The notes below the pieces were generated by a model. That model saw only the letters and a program-made list of their open reading frames with translations. It did not search any database and was not told the origin of the DNA. DNA of 64,000 bases. Origin: Octopus sinensis. Taxonomy: Eukaryota. The stretch lies in NCBI RefSeq assembly GCF_006345805.1, contig NC_043013.1:31000001-31064000 (forward strand), read 5' to 3'. The translations under genes were made by a program, and so were the position numbers. Positions 1-12,212 of this stretch are shown here, piece after piece. Each line of letters opens with the position of its first letter. Positions within the stretch are counted from its first letter, which is position 1.

Positions 1-115
1 GTATATATATATATGCATAATATATATATGTAATATAATATATATATATATATATGTATATATCTATGTATAGATATATATATATGTATATATATGTATA
101 TATATATATGTATAT

Positions 116-3100
116 AAATCCTTAAAAATCCTTAAAAATGTTTTAGCCCGAAGGCCGCCGCGCCATGCTGGGGCACCACCGCTGAATGAGCTACACTAGT
201 TTGTGAATCCACCTCTGATACGTGGCACTTGATCAACAAGGGAGTTCGATGCTGCTGCCCGCATCCGTGTCTCCTGTCGTGAGGTAGGTTCATCTGGGAC
301 TCCCAACAAGAAGAGATCCAGTTTAGTTTTAAAGAAACCCACCCCACACCATGTAAGTCTCTCAGGCATTTAGGGAGGATTTTAAAGAGCTGTGGTCCTC
401 TGAAACCCAAGCTGTTGCAGTATCTGGACCTGTATTTTGATGGTGATGTTGGAATCCTTGGCACCACGCAGCGGCGCCCGTTCTGCGGTTGGAGTAACTT
501 TGAATGCCAAAGTTTGGGACAAGACCCTCCAGGATTTTCCAGATGTATATCACTGCATATCTCTCCCGCCTCCGCTCCAGGGAGAAGAGGTTTAATACCT
601 TCAGTCTTTCCCAGTAGCTGACATTTTGCATTGAGACGATTTTCTTTGTGTAGCATCTCTGAGTTGCTTCGAGTTCTGCTGTTTGTTTTATATTGTGTGT
701 GACCAAGTTGGGAGCAGTAGTCCAAGCGGCTGAGGACAAATGTTTTCCATAGGACCATCAGTGTCTCCTTCTCTCTTGTTCTGAAAGTTCGGAGAATCAA
801 TCCAGCTAGCCGTCTGCATTTTATCACCAGATTAGCAATATGCATTTGGAGATGCATCATTGCTCATGTCAATGCCCAGGTCACGCACTGATTTTGACTC
901 AGGGATTGCAATTCTTCCTGGGCCAGTGTATCCAGTCTTCACGTCATTTACCTTTGTGTGCCAGTAGCGCAGGGCCTGGAACTTACCTGCATTAAACTGC
1001 ATGTTGTTGTCCTCAGCCCACCTGTATATTGTGTCCAGCTCATGTTGCAGATGCGCAATATTTTCAGGGTTTTGTATTGCGTGGGAGACTTTTGTGTCAT
1101 CTGCATAGCTAGCAAGGGTGGTCATCGTAGCAACTGAAGGCATGTCTGAAAGGGCCACTATGAACATCAGTGGCCCAAGACAGTGCCCTGTGGGACACCG
1201 CTTGTTATTTGCGTTTCCCTGGAGGTGGCTCCATTGCTCACAACTGCCTGTTTTCTGTCTTTTAGGAAGTTGTGCAGCCACTCTCCAAGTTTCCCGCCTA
1301 TGCCGAGACCACGCAGTTTGTGACAGATCATACCATGGTCGACTTTATCAAAGGCTTTTGCAAAGTCAAGATATATTACATCCACATTTGAGCCATTTAG
1401 TAGCTGTTTCAACACCCAGTCATAGTGTTGCAGGAGCTGTGTTAGGCAGCCTCTACCTGGTCGAAATCCATGCTGGGTGTCAGACAGTAAGTCATTTTCT
1501 TCAAGGAACATGATTAGTTTCTTACGGACTATTCGTTCCATGACTTTGCTGATGTGTGAGGTCAGAGAGATAGGCCTATAATTTTTAGCATCTGCTCTGC
1601 TACCTCCCTTATGGATAGGGCATATTACCCCCTCTTTCAGTTTGACTGGGACCTTACCACTTGCAAGAAAGCTCTGAAAAAGAAGCTGTAGCGGTTTTGC
1701 AACGGCTCGTTTGCACGATTTGAGAAGGATCGCTGGGAATCCATCAGGTCCAGCAGCTGAGTTTGTGTCAATCTCATCAATGGCTAGTGTGATATCATCT
1801 TCTTCGATGTTGATGTTCTCAATTTTTGTCTCTTTGGCCGCTGGTAAAGTGGCAAAGAATTCTTCTGGGTTGTTTACTTGCCTGTGTCCTAGAGGTGTAG
1901 TGAACACACTTTGGAACTGTTCGTTCAGTATTTCACTTATCCTCGTGGGATTTCCTGTGAGAGAGCCATCTTTTTGGAAGAGAGGTCCTATTCTCTGGTG
2001 CACTGTGGCTGTCTCTTTGGCAAATTTAAAGAAAGCTTTAGGGTTTGATTTTATATTTTCTATTACCCAAGCTTCTTTATCTGCTCTCTCCTTTTCATGG
2101 GACTGATGTAGACTTTTCTCAGTTTCCATTAGCATTCTTTCGAGCCGAGACTTCTCACCACTTTTGGTGTGTTTGCTCAGGCGGTTTGCAATCCTTGTCC
2201 GTCGTCTCATAAGAATCCTCCTTTCTCTAGGGATCCTGTTTTTGTTCTTGTGTGTGCTGGCCCTGCACATTGGGACATATTTGTCACATATGGCTCGTAT
2301 TATGGACATGAAGTGTTTGTGTTTCATGTTTATGTCCGGTGTGGAGAGACATTCAGGCCAATCCTGTTTGAGGATCTCTTTCTCAATCGACTTCCAGTTG
2401 GCTTTATGAAAGTTTAAGTTGGAGAGATGGTGGGTGCTTCGTATAGGCTGTGTCTGCGGGGGCTTTTGTTCCATACATAGACAGCTCTATTATGTTGTGA
2501 TCCGAGATCATTGTCGGCATCACATTAACATTATGGATAATATCCATATTGTTTGTGAAGCAGAGATCCAGTATATTATCTGCCCTTGTTGGTTGCAGAA
2601 CTATTTGCTCCATGAAAGAGGCATTTGTGAGATGGAGCAGGGACTCCACCTGTGGCTGCTGATGGTGTGTCATCCCTGGGAGCATCTGCCCCCCAGGCCA
2701 TTCCACATTGGGGAGGTTAAAGTCACCATGAAGAATACACTGTTGTGCTGTTCAAGGTTGGTGAGGACTTCTCCTATTTTTGTTAGGCAGTCTTCAAACA
2801 TGCCTGGGTGTTTTGGGGCATCTGGTGGGCGATATGTAGTGCATATGACGATATTCAGTTGTCTTATGTGTACAATTTGAGTTTCACATACTGAGTTTGA
2901 ATATGACAGCAGGACCTGGGGCGTGAGGTCATCTCGGATGTACATTGCAACTCCACCATGGCTCCTCCTTTTCTATCTGTGCGTATGACTGCATATTGCG
3001 GCATGTGTATTTCTGCATCACCTATATCGGGTCAAGATGCGTTTCGTGAGTGCCATGCATATAGCTTGATTGCATGTCACAAGGTCTCTCAGAATGAAAT

Positions 3101-3160
3101 TTTCTTTTTACAGTTTCCGCGCAGCAGCCCTCCTACATTCAATAGAAATATTTTTGTGGT
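116..3160 (-). mobile_element. CR1-clade LINE: almost complete ORF2 (APE endonuclease + reverse transcriptase), frameshifted, with 3' tandem tail
   Basis: Minus-strand ORF pieces join in order. APE: [51 protein letters not shown]: GPDGFP, KNYRPISLTSHISKVMERIV, QHGFRPGR, YLDFAKAFDKVDH, SGVPQGTVLG, YADDTK. CR1-type C-terminus: SRLDYCSQL, SYWERLKVLNLFSLERRRER. 3' tail is (TTTTTAAGGA)x2 at 116-139. Both ends abut TA-rich microsatellite. Confidence 0.93.
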
Positions 3161-3246
3161 GTGTGTATATATGTATATGTATATATATATGTGTGTGTAT
3201 ATATGTATATGTATATATACGTATATGTATATATATGTATAGTATA

Positions 3247-3287
<41 letters not shown>

Positions 3288-3437
3288 TATATATATATGT
3301 ATATATATGTAATATATGTATATATATGTATATGGTATATATAGTTATATCTAATATATATATATATCTATGTATATATATGATATATATGTATATATTA
3401 TATGTATATATATGTATATATATGTATATGTATATAT

Positions 3438-3471
<34 letters not shown>

Positions 3472-3549
3472 GTATAATGTATATATAATGTATATGTATA
3501 TATATATATAGGTATATATATGTATATGTATATATATGTATATATTATA

Positions 3550-3592
<43 letters not shown>
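3160..3592. repeat. Compound (TA)n/(TATG)n microsatellite
   Basis: Directly visible; it produces the Y/I/M/C-rich spurious ORFs. Confidence 0.95.
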
Positions 3593-3594
<2 letters not shown>

Positions 3595-6500
3595 GAAAAC
3601 CACTTGATTACGTCTCAGTGTTCTGTCTTCTACATCTATCCTCATTGTCTGATATCATCCCTCATCTTGTATCACCCAACTTTTCTTTCAGTCGGATTGC
3701 ATCTGTTTTCTTTCTGTTTTTTTTTTTTTTTTGTCATTAATTCTTATTATCCGAATTTCCTCATTTTCCCAACTTTCTTTCCACTTTACAACACATTTCA
3801 AGTTGGAATAATGTTCGAAATTTCATAAAATATATTTATTTTCTATTTCTGTTATCGGCAAACTAATTATTTTGATCTTAAATCACCTTATTTTTCTTTG
3901 CTATTCTTTTAGCTTTCTCTCCTTCTCTATTTCTTTTTTCTGTTTACACGCATACAGACTCACACACAGAGACATACAGGCCTGCATTCAAATATGTGTG
4001 TGTGTGTGTATGCGTGTGTAGAGAGAGATAAATATAGATTGTCGTCTCCTTAGCCACACGCATTTATGCACTTCCAATATGATTTCATTGACCTTTAAAT
4101 AATGAATGTCGTACCCGAACGGGAAGATTTGATTTCCTAACCTGACGGAAATAAAATAATGTAGTAAGTCTGACGCAATATGTTCTTTAGACGAATTAAT
4201 AATGACATTAGTATTATCATCCGATCCGCTGATCAAAGTCGTTGACCTCTTGAGATGTTTGGCTTCCCATCACTGACAATGAATGACCGATTACTGTAAC
4301 CTCGAATAAAGTTAATTAATCCTGGAGATCAAAATTTATGTAGCCAAACATGTACTAACACATTTGATATATTAATAGTTTTTTTCTATGCACATCACAG
4401 AGCATATACATGCTAAAGCGTGCGAACTTAAATAACTGAACTACAAATTAGCAGATATAGAAATATTGATATTTCTTGAGTCGCAATATGCATTAAAGTT
4501 GTGTTTAATTTTCTTCAGGCTATTTGTGGTAAAATAATTTATCATAAATATGATTTAACTCTATAAAACGAGAAAAGAAAAAATAATGTTCTATGCCTAT
4601 CAAATAGTGTTCATGTTTATTGGAATCAATATATTTGGAATATGTCAGTAAGTGATTAGAGAGATATCTGACAATTAACCTATGTGTATGTATATGCATG
4701 TGTATGTATGTGTCTACATGTACGTGTATATCAAATTCATCTTTTATTCTTTTCTTCTTTCATGCTGGAACACCACCAAAATGGTCTATTCATTCATTTA
4801 TACATTATGCAACGTACAAAATGAAGTATGTGCTGTCGCAAATTTTACTACCATATACATCTTCAAAATTGACTTAAATAATTTCAATAATTTTGATGAA
4901 TTTCGATCATCAGAAGCCTAGAGAGTATCTAAAGTAATATCAAAACCTAATGAAATCATTTGCGTCATATTTTGGGACGCATAGTCCGCTGCCTTTCGTT
5001 GTTGGCGGAAATGTATCTAGTTTTTGTGGTTTGTCTAGTATTTGTTTCCGGAAATTACCTCGACGACATTTAAATGCTATAGAGTTTAATTTCTTTTTTG
5101 ATAGTTTTCAGATAATTTTTGATAAAGGAGAAATAAGCTGTTGACGTATATACGCTGTGTCATAGTTTATGTTATGTGATAGGGCTAGAAGTTTCTAGGT
5201 AGCATTTACCACTAGCCTAGACTACGATACTTGTGAACCTGATACCGGCAATGTTTGGGCTAACGTGAGGTACGATTTAATACATTCTACAGGTGATATA
5301 GTGCTTCTGGCCATGTTGGAGAGCATAGAGAAAAAAGCGTTAGGGGTCTGCCATTTGTTTTAGTTAATTTATTTAGTAACTGTGTGTGATTGTTATTTGT
5401 TGCATTAAATTTCTGATATTGATTTTCTGTAAATACCATTAAGCATTGTGATCTGTAGAGTGGAAAATTCAACGAATCCATTAGCATGCACTGCAGTTAT
5501 ATCGACTTTACTGTTCAGAAGCGCACTCCAGCTTAGCTTGTTGTTGACATTTACACCTGAGTCATTTACACCTAAACGTTTCCTCGTTTAATGGCATGCA
5601 TTTTTTCTAATGAGTCACAACCAATAGTTCTGATTGTGTGTGTCTGTGTGTGTTGTGTGGGTATGTATGGCTGTGTATATGTATTTGTGTCTGTGTGTGC
5701 ATATCTATCTATTTATCATATCTATCTATCTATCTATATATATATATACTATATATCTATATATATAATAATATATTGTTTATAGGTATGTATTAATAGT
5801 ATGATTTATATATATACACTCCATGCATAATAATATATATCCACTATATATCTGCTATTATACGAGAGCATAAATGTATATACCCAGAGAAGCCCCACAG
5901 CAAGGCTTGCTTACATGCTAAAAGAGTAGTGAAACCCACAACACGTAAAAGTAATTCTTAAGGCATGCCCGAAAAAGTGAAACAAATTATTATTTTTAGT
6001 TAATCCAATACTGGAGTTTTTCTCCTATTAAGCAAATAAATAAATTTATCATCTGTAGTTCATCAGTAGGATCGCTAAAATAATGCATATCTATGTAGCT
6101 TAAAACGCACCGAAAAAAATATGCGAGCTGCATCCATATAACATTATGGACTCAAATCAAGTGCAGCAAATCATCTTAAACTGCGTACTATATGCCTGAG
6201 AATTAGTAGGTTTTGCTGTATAAATCATAAGGATAAGAAATTAGAATAATTTATTACCAGAGGCTCACATTCGTGATAAAAGTCATAAGGCAACATACTT
6301 TCTTATATAAGAGCGTATAAAGATAGATATATATATATACTAAGAGAAAAAACATGATAGGATTTCTAATATGCTAAGAAAGGGCAGTTACACCCAAACC
6401 ACGAAAAAATTATTCTAATAAATAAGAAATAGGAAATCCTTGATGCGGAATTATAAATTTAAAAGAAATTCATAGAAATGGCTTTTCTGATAACTTTTCC

Positions 6501-6672
6501 ACTTTAATAATTAGATTTTTATAGGTTTACAAAAGTGACGATATTGTAAATAACAGCACGTAAATATTGGATTAAAATACCATTTGCAAACAGAAATTCA
6601 AAAGCAGATTTCTGATTTCAATGTTATTTAATTGGAGGGCGTGTTGGCCCAATATTTACAGCTTAGAATACC

Positions 6673-6885
6673 CATTTGTTTACTACCCACAAAGGGCTAA
6701 ACACAGAGAGGACAAACAAGGACAGACATCGACCCCTGTGCGTAACTGGTACCTATTTAATCGACCCCGAAAAGCTGAAATGCAAAGTCGACCTCGGCGG
6801 AATTTGAACTCAGAACGTAACGGCAGACGAAATACAGCTACGCATTTCGCCCAGCGTGCTAACGTTTCTGCCAGCTTACCACCTT
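6673..6885 (-). mobile_element. tRNA-derived SINE, family B (tail type 1), with 18-bp TSD
   Basis: Minus strand reads GCTGGCAGAAACGTTAGCACG...GAGTTCAAATTCCGCCGAGGTCGACTTTGC (A/B-box-like head). Direct repeat TTTACAGCTTAGAATACC at 6655-6672 and 6886-6903. Homologous to copies at 33.5, 43.0 and 51.0 kb. Confidence 0.9.
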
Positions 6886-7485
6886 TTTACAGCTTAGAAT
6901 ACCACCAGCAACATGAATCATTTCACGATATGCCATAACGTTGTATATACACACACACACTCAAAAACACATACACACACACTCACACACGCACAAGCAA
7001 ACACACACACATACATTTATCCATTTATGCATGTCTCTATGTATCTATCTATATATATATGCATACATATGCATGCATGTATTATGACATTTACCATGAC
7101 CACGATTGCGATCGTAACTATATCTATATTGAAGATGTACGAATATTCTGAGCTGGATTCTTTTTGTATACTGCTGTTTTCTATTCTTAAACTTCATTTA
7201 TTTTAATGTCTTCGTCTATGTGTGGTCAACGTAACACGCAATTCTGTCAAAAATCATAGAAGTGGCAATTCCCAATCTATGGCTATGTGTTGATATTAGC
7301 TGTCATTTCATAAGTTGGTAATAATTACGATTGGATGATCAGCCCCTACTGTTACCAAGCTTAATAACTTCAGAGTCCATCTATTTCTTGGTAAATTCCT
7401 CTTCTTGTCAGAATTATATCCATTTTCATCAATACCATATTATGGTAAGTATTCTGTAAAGCTACCATCTATTGTGGATGGGTTA

Positions 7486-7724
7486 CGACATATATATATA
7501 TGCATGTATGTACATGTTTATGTGTCTGTGTTTGTCCACCCACCATCGCTTGACAATTATCGATGGTGTGCTTACGTCCCTGTAAACTAGCGGTTCGGCA
7601 ATATAAAGCCCAATAGAATAAGTAATAGACTTGCAAAGGCTAAGTCCTAGGGTTGGTTTATTCGATTGAAGGAGCTACTCCACAATGGCCGCAGTCAAAT
7701 GACTGAAACAAGTAAAAGAATAAA
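7486..7724 (+). mobile_element. SINE family A, 3' half (5'-truncated)
   Basis: Matches the 3' part of the 28464-28859 copy: GCTTGACA...GCGGTTCGGC...ATGGCCGCAGTCAAATGACTGAAACAAGTAAAAGA. Confidence 0.85.
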
Positions 7725-7758
7725 CGAAAAGGTGTGTGTTTGTATGTGCGTGTGTGTA

Positions 7759-7789
<31 letters not shown>

Positions 7790-8136
7790 TGGTGTGTGTG
7801 TGTTGTACAAACAGGAAAGGGAAAAAGGGTAAAGAGCTGATCAGCTCACTTAGTCAATCCCCTAGCATGTCCCCCTTACCTGCCAAATAACGTAACGTAG
7901 TGACAACCATACCTCACAAATGCTAATAAACGGCTTCAGGAATTTTCCTCGAAAATGCGTTAAAATGTGACTCGATAAAATAAATATTTAAAAAATTCTA
8001 CTTATAGAAAAACAATTGCACGTGCTTTTGTATAATAAGTTATAATAATAGGCACGTGCGAGTCCAACAAAATAATCATATAGACACATGTACAACTATA
8101 TCTATCTACATCTATCTAGCTATCTATCGAAGTCTC

Positions 8137-8176
<40 letters not shown>

Positions 8177-8236
8177 TATCTTCTCTATATCTCTGTATAT
8201 ATATATATTATATATATATTCTATATATACATTCAT

Positions 8237-8336
8237 NNNNNNNNNNNNNNNNNNNNNNNNNNNNNNNNNNNNNNNNNNNNNNNNNNNNNNNNNNNNNNNN
8301 NNNNNNNNNNNNNNNNNNNNNNNNNNNNNNNNNNNN
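8237..8336. other. Assembly gap (100 N)
   Basis: Run of 100 N; true size unknown. Confidence 0.99.
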
Positions 8337-9381
8337 GATTCTTGTTATTATGAGATCGCACTCGATAGACACATGTGCGCCTACTGAGTTGCTCTTTCTA
8401 ACTAATCAGATCACTGCTCAGACGCAGAACGTACCCGACAAACTAGGGATTTCTGGTATATAGTCTAACGCTCAAAATTTATCGAAAGATATGTAAACAA
8501 AGTCAGAATGCGATAAAATAAAATTAATTATTATCGCTGGTGTTTCTAGCACAGGCCATATATTATTCATATATAAGTGCATTAAAGGGCGAAGTATGTA
8601 CTAGATACACAGAAGCTTGATAAATTTAGTGAAATGAAAATAAATACTTTTACTAACTCGGTTCTTCTTAGACTGCAGTATCGCCTATTTCAGCAATAAA
8701 AAAATATTTATTTACTCAGGTAGGCTCTTCAGTAAGATTCCTGTTATTATGAGATCGCACCTCGATAGACACATGTGCGCCTACTGAGTTGCTCTTTCTA
8801 ACTAATCAGATCACTGCGCAGACGCTGAACGTACCCGACAAACTAGGGATTTCTGGTATATAGTCTAACGCTCAAAATTTATCGAGAAATATGTAAACGA
8901 AGTCAGAATGCGATAAAATAAAATTAATTATTATCGTTTGTGTTTCTAGCACAGGCCATATATTATTCATATATATCTGCATTAAAGGGCGAAGTATGTA
9001 CTAGATACACAGAAGCTTGATAAATTTAGTGAAATGAAAATAAAAAGTTTTACTAACTCAGTTCTTCTTAGACTGCAGTATCGCCTATTTCAGCAATAAA
9101 AAAATATTTATTTACTCAGGTAGGCTCTTCAGTAAGATTCCTGTTATTATGAGATCGCACCTCGATAGACACATGCGCGCCTACTGAGTTGCTCTTTCTA
9201 ACTAATCAGATCACTGCGCAGACAAACGTACCCGACAAACTAGGGATTTCTGGTATATAGTCTAACGCTCAAAATTTATCGAGAAATATGTAAACAAAGT
9301 CAGAATGCGATAAAATAAAATTAATTATTATCGGTGGTGTTTCTAGCACAGGCCATATATTATTCATATATAAGTGCATTA
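8337..9381. repeat. Tandem repeat with ~400-bp unit, about 2.6 copies visible, running into the gap
   Basis: GATTC(C/T)TGTTATTATGAGATCGCAC recurs at 8337, 8736 and 9136; the units are nearly identical. Confidence 0.95.
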
Positions 9382-10493
9382 TATATGGCCTGTTGTGTTA
9401 TAGTACGAAAAAGCAGGCAACATACATGTTGTTTCAACATGTATTTTGTTGCCCTGATTATGAATGCTATCAACATATCAAAACGTTAAGATGATCATTT
9501 AACCAATTTATCTCACATTCTTCTTTGTAAATATTCTTTTCAACACGAACTGTGCAGATGTGTACATAAAGAAGTAGTATATCATATCTTCGTTACTGAA
9601 ATCTTCGATAGTATACATTATAAATATTTATGTAAGCTTAACGAAATATCGGCATAGATATACATAAAACTTCAGTCGCTTGAAGTATGGAATAACAAAA
9701 GTTATAGAATAGGAGCGTAGCCACAGTTTGGTAAGAAATAATGATATCAATGTGCTTTATGACTTTGTACGGAATAAGTATTGCTGACCAATTTATAAAA
9801 TTTGTCAACCATATTGTTTATAATTTAAGCTAGAATTTTAGATGACAAAAGTGAAAAAAATTTTGGGAATACATTTTATATGTAAGATAACCATTATCTT
9901 CTAAATTCGATAAAATACTCCTAAGAAATGAAATATTTCCGCCATTTATTCGATCTACAGCGAGGCCGGTTTGAGGCAAAGGAATGTCTTCTCTGTCCAA
10001 ATTGCCATTTTGTTTTTCCCGAGCCAACGATCCTTCACATTTTGTATGTTTCCGGCTACAAAGGATTCTAAATGTAATTACGTGATCATTCTCTACAACA
10101 CTTGACAGAAGACTTTCAGAGCATTGATTATTTGATCTGTCACTAGATATGTTCACTCAACCTGTCAGCCTTAACATACGACGCCAAACATTGTCACTTG
10201 ACATTAATATACGGACGTAGCGGGGAAGCTCCAACAATTCTAAGACCAGTCATGTAACTCCCCTCTACCAATCATCTCTTAACCAAAACTTACTAATTTG
10301 AACCAAGTACTTCCTATAAAAATAGGACAAGCTTCAAGCACTAGTCAGAAGCAAGGCAGCTGCAACCCAATCCACGCCTTTCTATCTCACCTTTTGAAAA
10401 ACAGCGTAAACTCTTAAACCAGTTAAACCTTTAAATATATTAAACAAAATTAAGTATTCTCAGTCCGTTTTCAACTTCAATTCTATATATCTA

Positions 10494-10533
<40 letters not shown>

Positions 10534-10569
10534 GCGTGCTCCTACCTGTAGAAGAATATATGAGTACGA

Positions 10570-10725
10570 TGCGGTTTTGACTGTGTGGTAAGAAAGTTGC
10601 TACCTAACCACTTTACTCGAAGTTCTGTCTCTTTACGTGTGACCATGGTCTGTTGTAGCATTGGGCGGACCAAAGCCATGAGCATGAAATTGGTAGACGG
10701 AAACTGAAAGACGCCCGTCGTATAT
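10570..10725 (+). mobile_element. SINE family A, degenerate 5' half ending in its internal (TA)n
   Basis: TGACTGTGTGGTAAG...GGACCAAAGCC...TTGGTAGACGGAAACTGAAAGACGCCCGTCGTATATA matches the family A head and body. Confidence 0.75.
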
Positions 10726-10791
10726 ATATATATATATAATATATATATATGTATATATTGCCTGCTTTTTCGCGTTATAACGCAACACAAC

Positions 10792-10829
<38 letters not shown>

Positions 10830-10832
<3 letters not shown>

Positions 10833-11310
10833 GATATGCATAAGATCTTGTCATCAAATCTAAGTAGAGATTTCAAACTTAAGATCTTCAAATCCACAGT
10901 CGAACCATTTCTACTATATGGCTCAGAAACCTGGATATTATCAAAGAAGCTTCAGAGGCGGTTGAATGGAACTTACATTCGCCTCCTTATGAGAGCTCAA
11001 AATCTCTCGTGGAAGCGTCATCCATCCAAAGTACAAATATATGGGAAATTACCACCTGTATAATCTCTTGTGAAAGGTAGAAGAGTCCAGTTTGCTAGAC
11101 ATTGTTGTAGAGTTGAAAACGAGGTAATTTCTACTCTTCTCCTCTGGAAGCTATCTGCTCGCGACACCAGAGGGCGCACACTCTCCTACCCTGATGTCAT
11201 CTTCAGGCATCCAGCAACAGGACCTCTGTAATGCTATGATGAACCGTGAAGTCTGGCGTAACATAGTAAATTCCATTGTCTCGACCACGGTCGAACAATG
11301 ATGATGATGA
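10830..11310 (+). mobile_element. RTE-clade LINE 3' fragment with (TGA)n tail
   Basis: Translates KLKIFKSTVEPFLLYGSETW..SKKLQRRLNGTYIRLL..NLSWKRH, then GRRVQFARHC and VWRNIVNSIVSTTVEQ-stop, followed by TGATGATGATGA. LLYGSETW is a typical RTE post-RT motif. Flanked by (TA)n on both sides. Confidence 0.88.
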
Positions 11311-11320
11311 TATATATATA

Positions 11321-11990
11321 CCGAGACTCAGACACCATATTTGTTTGGAAGTAGGAAGGCATTTAAGCATTCTAACAAAATGCGGGCAAGTAACTTTACA
11401 AACGCAGATAAAAGCAAAATCCCACGAAAATTACCACACAGATCCTTTGACCCCGAATGGCATCATTCCTGTCTTGAGGCACTTTCTCATTTGTGATAAA
11501 ATCAATATATTTAAGAGTTCAACCAATTGTCACCCCCCCCCCAAATATTTAAAGCCTCCTGCGGAGATTCCATCAGATCCTGGAGATTTATTCAGCTAAT
11601 TCACAGCAAGACAAATGTCATTTAGAGTTGGCTCAATGCCATCTCTTGAAGAATCTCATGATTTATGGCTAAGAGCATAAATTTATGCCTGCATTTTGCT
11701 GGGCTCAAACCGCATATGCGAACCCATGCAAAACGAACCTTCACCAACTATTCTGCCTGTCTGTGCAAACATTTCAATGCAATCTAACGGAGGACCCAAA
11801 AGATATTTCAAGCTCCACAAATATCACAAATTATTTGCAGCTCTTTGTGGTCAATATCGGATATGTAATGTGTGTGGGTATATTTTCAAAACATTGTCCG
11901 TTTTAAAAAGATGCATCAGATGCCATGATGGTTCTAAGATGTAGGTAGAGGAGGTGGTCAAACGCTGCATAAGGAGTAGACAACCAGCAT
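11321..11990 (+). mobile_element. Decayed RTE-like LINE 3' end with C2H2-like finger remnants
   Basis: EWHHSCLEALSH parallels RTWCYSCFSVVQK in the 26.7-27.7 kb RTE. Finger-like remnants FAGLKPHMRTH and CNVCGYIFKTLSVLKRCIRCH. Many stops and frameshifts. Confidence 0.55.
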
Positions 11991-12029
11991 ATGTATGTGT
12001 GTGTGTGTGTGTTTAATCCCACATCTTTT

Positions 12030-12212
12030 TCCTTGTAAGCACAATTTGGGGGATAGGGTTGTCAATTACATCATTTTAACTGGCACTTCTTTTACTGACC
12101 ACAGGAAAACATGGAAGGCAAATTGGAGATTTTGCCCTCTGAACATAAAACCGGAAAAAAACCGCTAAGGATTTTGTCCAATGCAGTAATGATTCTACCA
12201 ACTCGCCGCCTT
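12030..12212 (-). mobile_element. SINE family B, degenerate copy
   Basis: Plus strand ends ...gattctaccaactcgccgcctt (reverse complement of the family B head); body eroded. Confidence 0.6.

Noticed and set aside
415-2880. Plus-strand ORFs overlapping the LINE
   Set aside because: Antisense shadows of the CR1 ORF2 with no recognisable motifs.
2958-3828. ORFs rich in Y/I/C/V/M or H/T here and at about 10.5, 17.7, 21.3, 29.3, 34.5, 36.3, 44.1 and 60.0-60.9 kb
   Set aside because: Translations of (TA)n, (TG)n and (TATG)n microsatellites, which lack stop codons in some frames.
8337-9381. Regular repeats considered as a CRISPR array
   Set aside because: 400-bp near-identical units without unique spacers, eukaryotic context and no cas genes.
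9830-10156. 108-aa minus-strand ORF with protein-like composition
   Set aside because: Starts at GTG directly after an in-frame stop; no recognisable domain or convincing splice sites.
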